This document shows, piece after piece, positions 43,116-45,360 of a stretch of DNA of 45,360 nucleotides (position 1 is the first letter of the stretch; every line of letters starts with the position of its first letter). The notes below the pieces were generated by a model that saw only the letters and a program-made list of their open reading frames with translations, was not told where the DNA came from and made no database searches. The position numbers and the translations under genes were made by a program. Location of the stretch: assembly GCA_023416895.1 (NCBI GenBank), contig JAEZGQ010000002.1, forward strand, positions 1-45,360, written 5' to 3'. Source of the DNA: Bacillota bacterium (lineage in GTDB: Bacteria; Bacillota; Clostridia; Christensenellales; CAG-138).

Positions 43116-43401
43116 AGGTCCCTCGCAAAGAGCGGCATCCGGCGCGCGGGAAACAACAGGGCAAAAAAGCCCCGGCTCCTACGCGCCGAACACCTGTTTG
43201 AATTTAGAGGCTCAACACCTCATCCAAAATCTTCACCACTTGATCAACCCCCTTCAAAGAGATTGCAATTCCGGATTGCAGCTTTATTTTACCGCGCTTG
43301 CCGCTATTAGGCAAGGGAAAAAACGGATAAAGAGGTTTTTCCGCCAGCCAAAACACGAAATACTCTTTGCCCGCGCCACAAGGAAACTACAATGCGGCGG
43401 C

Positions 43402-43692
43402 TCAATGTGTCACGGTGGGCAGACTGTCGAGGTTGTTATCCTCCCGATCATCGGGGAGGGATTTTAAGTATTCGTTACCGTTGCGTGTGGCAATACCAAC
43501 GCCCTTGATTCCGCCCTCGTGCGCCATGCGCACGCCTTCCTCTTTGGTAACGCAGTTGCCGTCAGAAAGTTGGTAGCCTGTAACGTGGCCGCCTTCCTTG
43601 ACGAGTGCAATGATCTCCTTTGCGTCCGCATGTGGCGAAGGTACCTCCTTCATGGCGGCCATTGCCAAAAACGACAAATCGCGAAACTCCAT
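43402..43692 (-). CDS. DUF3892 domain-containing protein
   Basis: The sequence reads GYQLSDGNCVTKEEGVRMAHEGGIKGVGIATRNGNEYLKSLPDDREDNNLDSLP. An AAAGGAGGA RBS is present. Confidence 0.7.
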   Translation of the reverse strand: MEFRDLSFLAMAAMKEVPSPHADAKEIIALVKEGGHVTGYQLSDGNCVTKEEGVRMAHEGGIKGVGIATRNGNEYLKSLPDDREDNNLDSLPTVTH

Positions 43693-43785
43693 GCCCGCTT
43701 CCTCCTTTTACGCGGCGAAATACCGCGTCTGATGGACTTATCCTTTGAAGAGGCGCGTCTTGCTATTCCCGCTTGGCATTGGTGC

Positions 43786-43814
43786 TTGAAACAAAAGCGG
43801 GGAGATGATAAAAT
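43786..43814 (+). promoter_or_regulatory. promoter of the fluoride riboswitch-crcB unit (TTGAAA-17-TAAAAT)
   Basis: Hexamers and spacer were counted directly. The predicted TSS lies just before GGGAATGAAG. Confidence 0.65.
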
Positions 43815-43819
43815 CTCCT

Positions 43820-43909
43820 TTGGGAATGAAGTTCTCCCCCGGCAATTTGCCGAAACTGCGGTTGGCTGATGACTTCTATGCTGTTTGCGTGGAAGCGTCG
43901 GCTTTTTTT
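43820..43909 (+). promoter_or_regulatory. fluoride (crcB motif) riboswitch with terminator expression platform
   Basis: The sequence GGGAAUGAAGUUCUCCC ... AAACUGCGGUUGGCUGAUGACUUCUAUG resembles the crcB motif (GGnGAUGnnnnUCnCC ... GGCUGAUGAnnnCUnC). AAGU and ACUU are pseudoknot partners. A hairpin plus T7 ending at 43909 follows, directly upstream of crcB. Confidence 0.7.
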
Positions 43910-43924
43910 GTGAAAGGCGGCTTT

Positions 43925-44293
43925 ATGAAAACGGTTCTTTTGGTGGGGCTTGGCGGCATGATCGGCACGATTTTAAGGTATTTGCTCGGGCTTGTTCCCG
44001 TACAGGGCGACCTTCCGCTGGTTACGCTTTTGATCAATTTTTCGGGCTCGTTCGTCATCGGCATGGTTGCGGGGCTTGCTGCATGCTCGCACCTGAATGG
44101 CGATGCTGTGCTTTTCTTGCGCACGGGCATCTGCGGCGGGTTTACCACGTTTTCCGCATTTTCTTTGGAAACCTTTCAGCTTTTGGAGAGCCGCAAATTT
44201 GCCGCCGCTGGCATCTACGCAACGCTGAGCGTGGTGCTTTGCGTTGCTGGTGCGGCGCTTGGCTATGCGTTTGCCCGCTTGGTGGCCGAATAA
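43925..44293 (+). CDS. crcB: fluoride channel CrcB/FluC
   Basis: The sequence reads MKTVLLVGLGGMIGTILRY...GICGGFTTFSAFSLE. It has four TM helices and is 122 aa. Confidence 0.9.
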   Translation: MKTVLLVGLGGMIGTILRYLLGLVPVQGDLPLVTLLINFSGSFVIGMVAGLAACSHLNGDAVLFLRTGICGGFTTFSAFSLETFQLLESRKFAAAGIYATLSVVLCVAGAALGYAFARLVAE

Positions 44294-44341
44294 ACGCTGC
44301 GTTCCTCCGGCAAGCTATGAAAAAAGAAAGGGGAACGCTTT

Positions 44342-44485
44342 ATGGGCAACAAAATGAAAAGCACGCACAACAAAAAGAAGGAAGACGGCAAATTCCGCTC
44401 CAAACATGTAAAGCATGACCCGCCTGCGGAAAGCGCCCGCGCAGTGTTTGGCAAAAAGGGGCCGGAAGAAGGTTCCTTCGATTGA
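44342..44485 (+). CDS. possible 47 aa highly basic small protein (below the ORF-track cutoff)
   Basis: ATG lies 8 nt after AAAGGGGA. Translation is MGNKMKSTHNKKKEDGKFRSKHVKHDPPAESARAVFGKKGPEEGSFD. The stop overlaps the TTG start of the next gene. Confidence 0.35.
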   Translation: MGNKMKSTHNKKKEDGKFRSKHVKHDPPAESARAVFGKKGPEEGSFD

Positions 44486-45093
44486 GCGGGGAAACGCTGT
44501 TTTTTGAAATACAACAGCATCTATTGAACGACGAAAAGCCGTCGCTCTATTTGGAAGCGGCGAGCAAAACCGCGCCTTTTCGGGAGCCGCCTTTTTCCAT
44601 GCTTTTGCGCCTTAAAAAAACGGAGCAGTCGCCCGTGCGTCATCCCGAAGGCAACGTATGGAATCACACCATGCTCGTGGTGGATGAGGCAGCCGCGCGG
44701 TGCGGCGAAAGCAAAGCTCCCGCGGCGTTTATGTGGGCGGCTCTCCTTCATGACATCGGAAAGCCCTACGCAACGCGTGTACGGCGCGGCAAAATAACCG
44801 CCTACGGGCACGATGCAACGGGCGCGGCGCTGGCGGAACGGTTTTTAAGCGCCTTTGTAACGGATGAAGCATTTATACGCGCGGTATGCATGCTTGTGCG
44901 CTACCACATGCACATGCTCTACGTTTTGAAGAACCTGCCCTTTGGAGATCTTTCGGCGCTTCGGCGGGAGACGGATGCTGAGGAGATTGCCCTTCTTTGC
45001 CTGTGCGACAGGCTTGGGCGGCTCAATCCCGACCGTACCTCGGAGGAGCAAAACCGGCAGACATTTTTAAGAAGAATCAAAGCCGAAGCATAA
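44482..45093 (+). CDS. HD domain phosphohydrolase (similar to the HD domain of CCA-adding enzymes)
   Basis: Motifs are HPEGNVWNHTMLVVDEAA and LLHDIGKP. The TTG start is uncertain. Confidence 0.7.
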   Translation: MSGETLFFEIQQHLLNDEKPSLYLEAASKTAPFREPPFSMLLRLKKTEQSPVRHPEGNVWNHTMLVVDEAAARCGESKAPAAFMWAALLHDIGKPYATRVRRGKITAYGHDATGAALAERFLSAFVTDEAFIRAVCMLVRYHMHMLYVLKNLPFGDLSALRRETDAEEIALLCLCDRLGRLNPDRTSEEQNRQTFLRRIKAEA

Positions 45094-45360
45094 ATGCAAC
45101 GTGAAAAACGCCGCGCGGAGAACTTCCGAGTGGCGTTTTCTCCAAAAAAGGACAAATGCTTCAAAAAAAACAGCGCTTACGCCTTCACTTCGTCCTTTTC
45201 TTTAGCGCTCGGTTTGCGAGGAAGGGGAGCCCAAACGAAAGCGCAACGTGGTGTAAAAACGTACGCATTTGCGTTTTGAAGGCGGCTATGATATTTTTGA
45301 TAGTATAAAAATACCGCGAAGGCATAAAGAGGGTGATTCGTGTAAATACGGAAGCATCTG

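Noticed and set aside
43805-43924. N-terminal extension of the crcB ORF and ORF 43885..44418
   Set aside because: The extension covers the fluoride riboswitch and its terminator. CrcB homologs start at MKTVLL....
1-45360. Scanned for CRISPR arrays, rRNA/tRNA genes, IS elements and long inverted repeats
   Set aside because: Nothing resembling regularly spaced short repeats, tRNA cloverleaf candidates in intergenic regions, or transposase motifs was seen. The only long repeat is the MCP duplication.
45094-45360. Right-edge 270 nt with ORF 45094..45279 and hairpins (GAAAACGCC...GGCGTTTTC; AAAACG...CGTTTT)
   Set aside because: The ORF has no RBS and a low-complexity product. The hairpins have long loops or lack T runs. 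There is too little sequence to call a feature.

Overview
This 45.4 kb window looks like ordinary chromosome from a moderately GC-rich Firmicute of the Clostridia type. Supporting signs are GGAGG-type RBSs, a T-box leader, a fluoride riboswitch, Clostridial-style MCPs and a sortase-type surface protein. I saw no rRNA or tRNA genes, CRISPR arrays, transposases or phage structural genes. About 37 protein genes are supported, and many long antisense ORFs in the track are GC-driven shadows.

Gene blocks in order:
1. A partial aldehyde dehydrogenase, an FMN reductase and a DUF362 Fe-S protein.
2. An XRE-HTH/S24 LexA-like repressor divergent from a tiny membrane protein, followed by the radical-SAM + DUF4130 putative DNA-repair pair.
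3. A PAS-GAF-PAS-GGDEF-HD-GYP c-di-GMP protein plus a DUF2087 protein.
4. A T-box-controlled operon (Asn-type specifier) of aspS fused in frame to gatC, then gatA and gatB.
5. Two tandem paralogous MCPs.
6. A lipoprotein and asnB.
7. An AdhR/NmlR-like MerR module with an Fe-S aldo/keto reductase and a Cys-rich membrane rhodanese-like protein.
8. SulP, GNAT and a CsoR-like repressor.
9. A GntR-ECF-S-methyltransferase operon divergent from a unit of membrane protein-hypB-910 aa Fe-S flavoprotein-hypA.
10. A 7TMR-DISM LytS-type kinase, a REC-BTAD regulator and a wall-anchored LRR protein.
11. Small conserved proteins, fluoride riboswitch-crcB and an HD protein.

The candidates I rate as most unusual:
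- The in-frame AspRS-GatC fusion, which could be a hard-wired transamidosome.
- The LexA-like repressor with Cys in place of the nucleophilic Ser, whose candidate operator fills a consensus promoter for a 64 aa membrane protein next to the radical-SAM repair pair.
- The hypB-X-hypA arrangement with no hydrogenase in sight.
- The MerR-type 19-bp-spacer promoter module.
- A perfect 10-bp tandem repeat overlapping the -35 region of the LRR gene, just downstream of a SARP-like response regulator.

All functional calls come from motif recognition by eye. No database search was possible.
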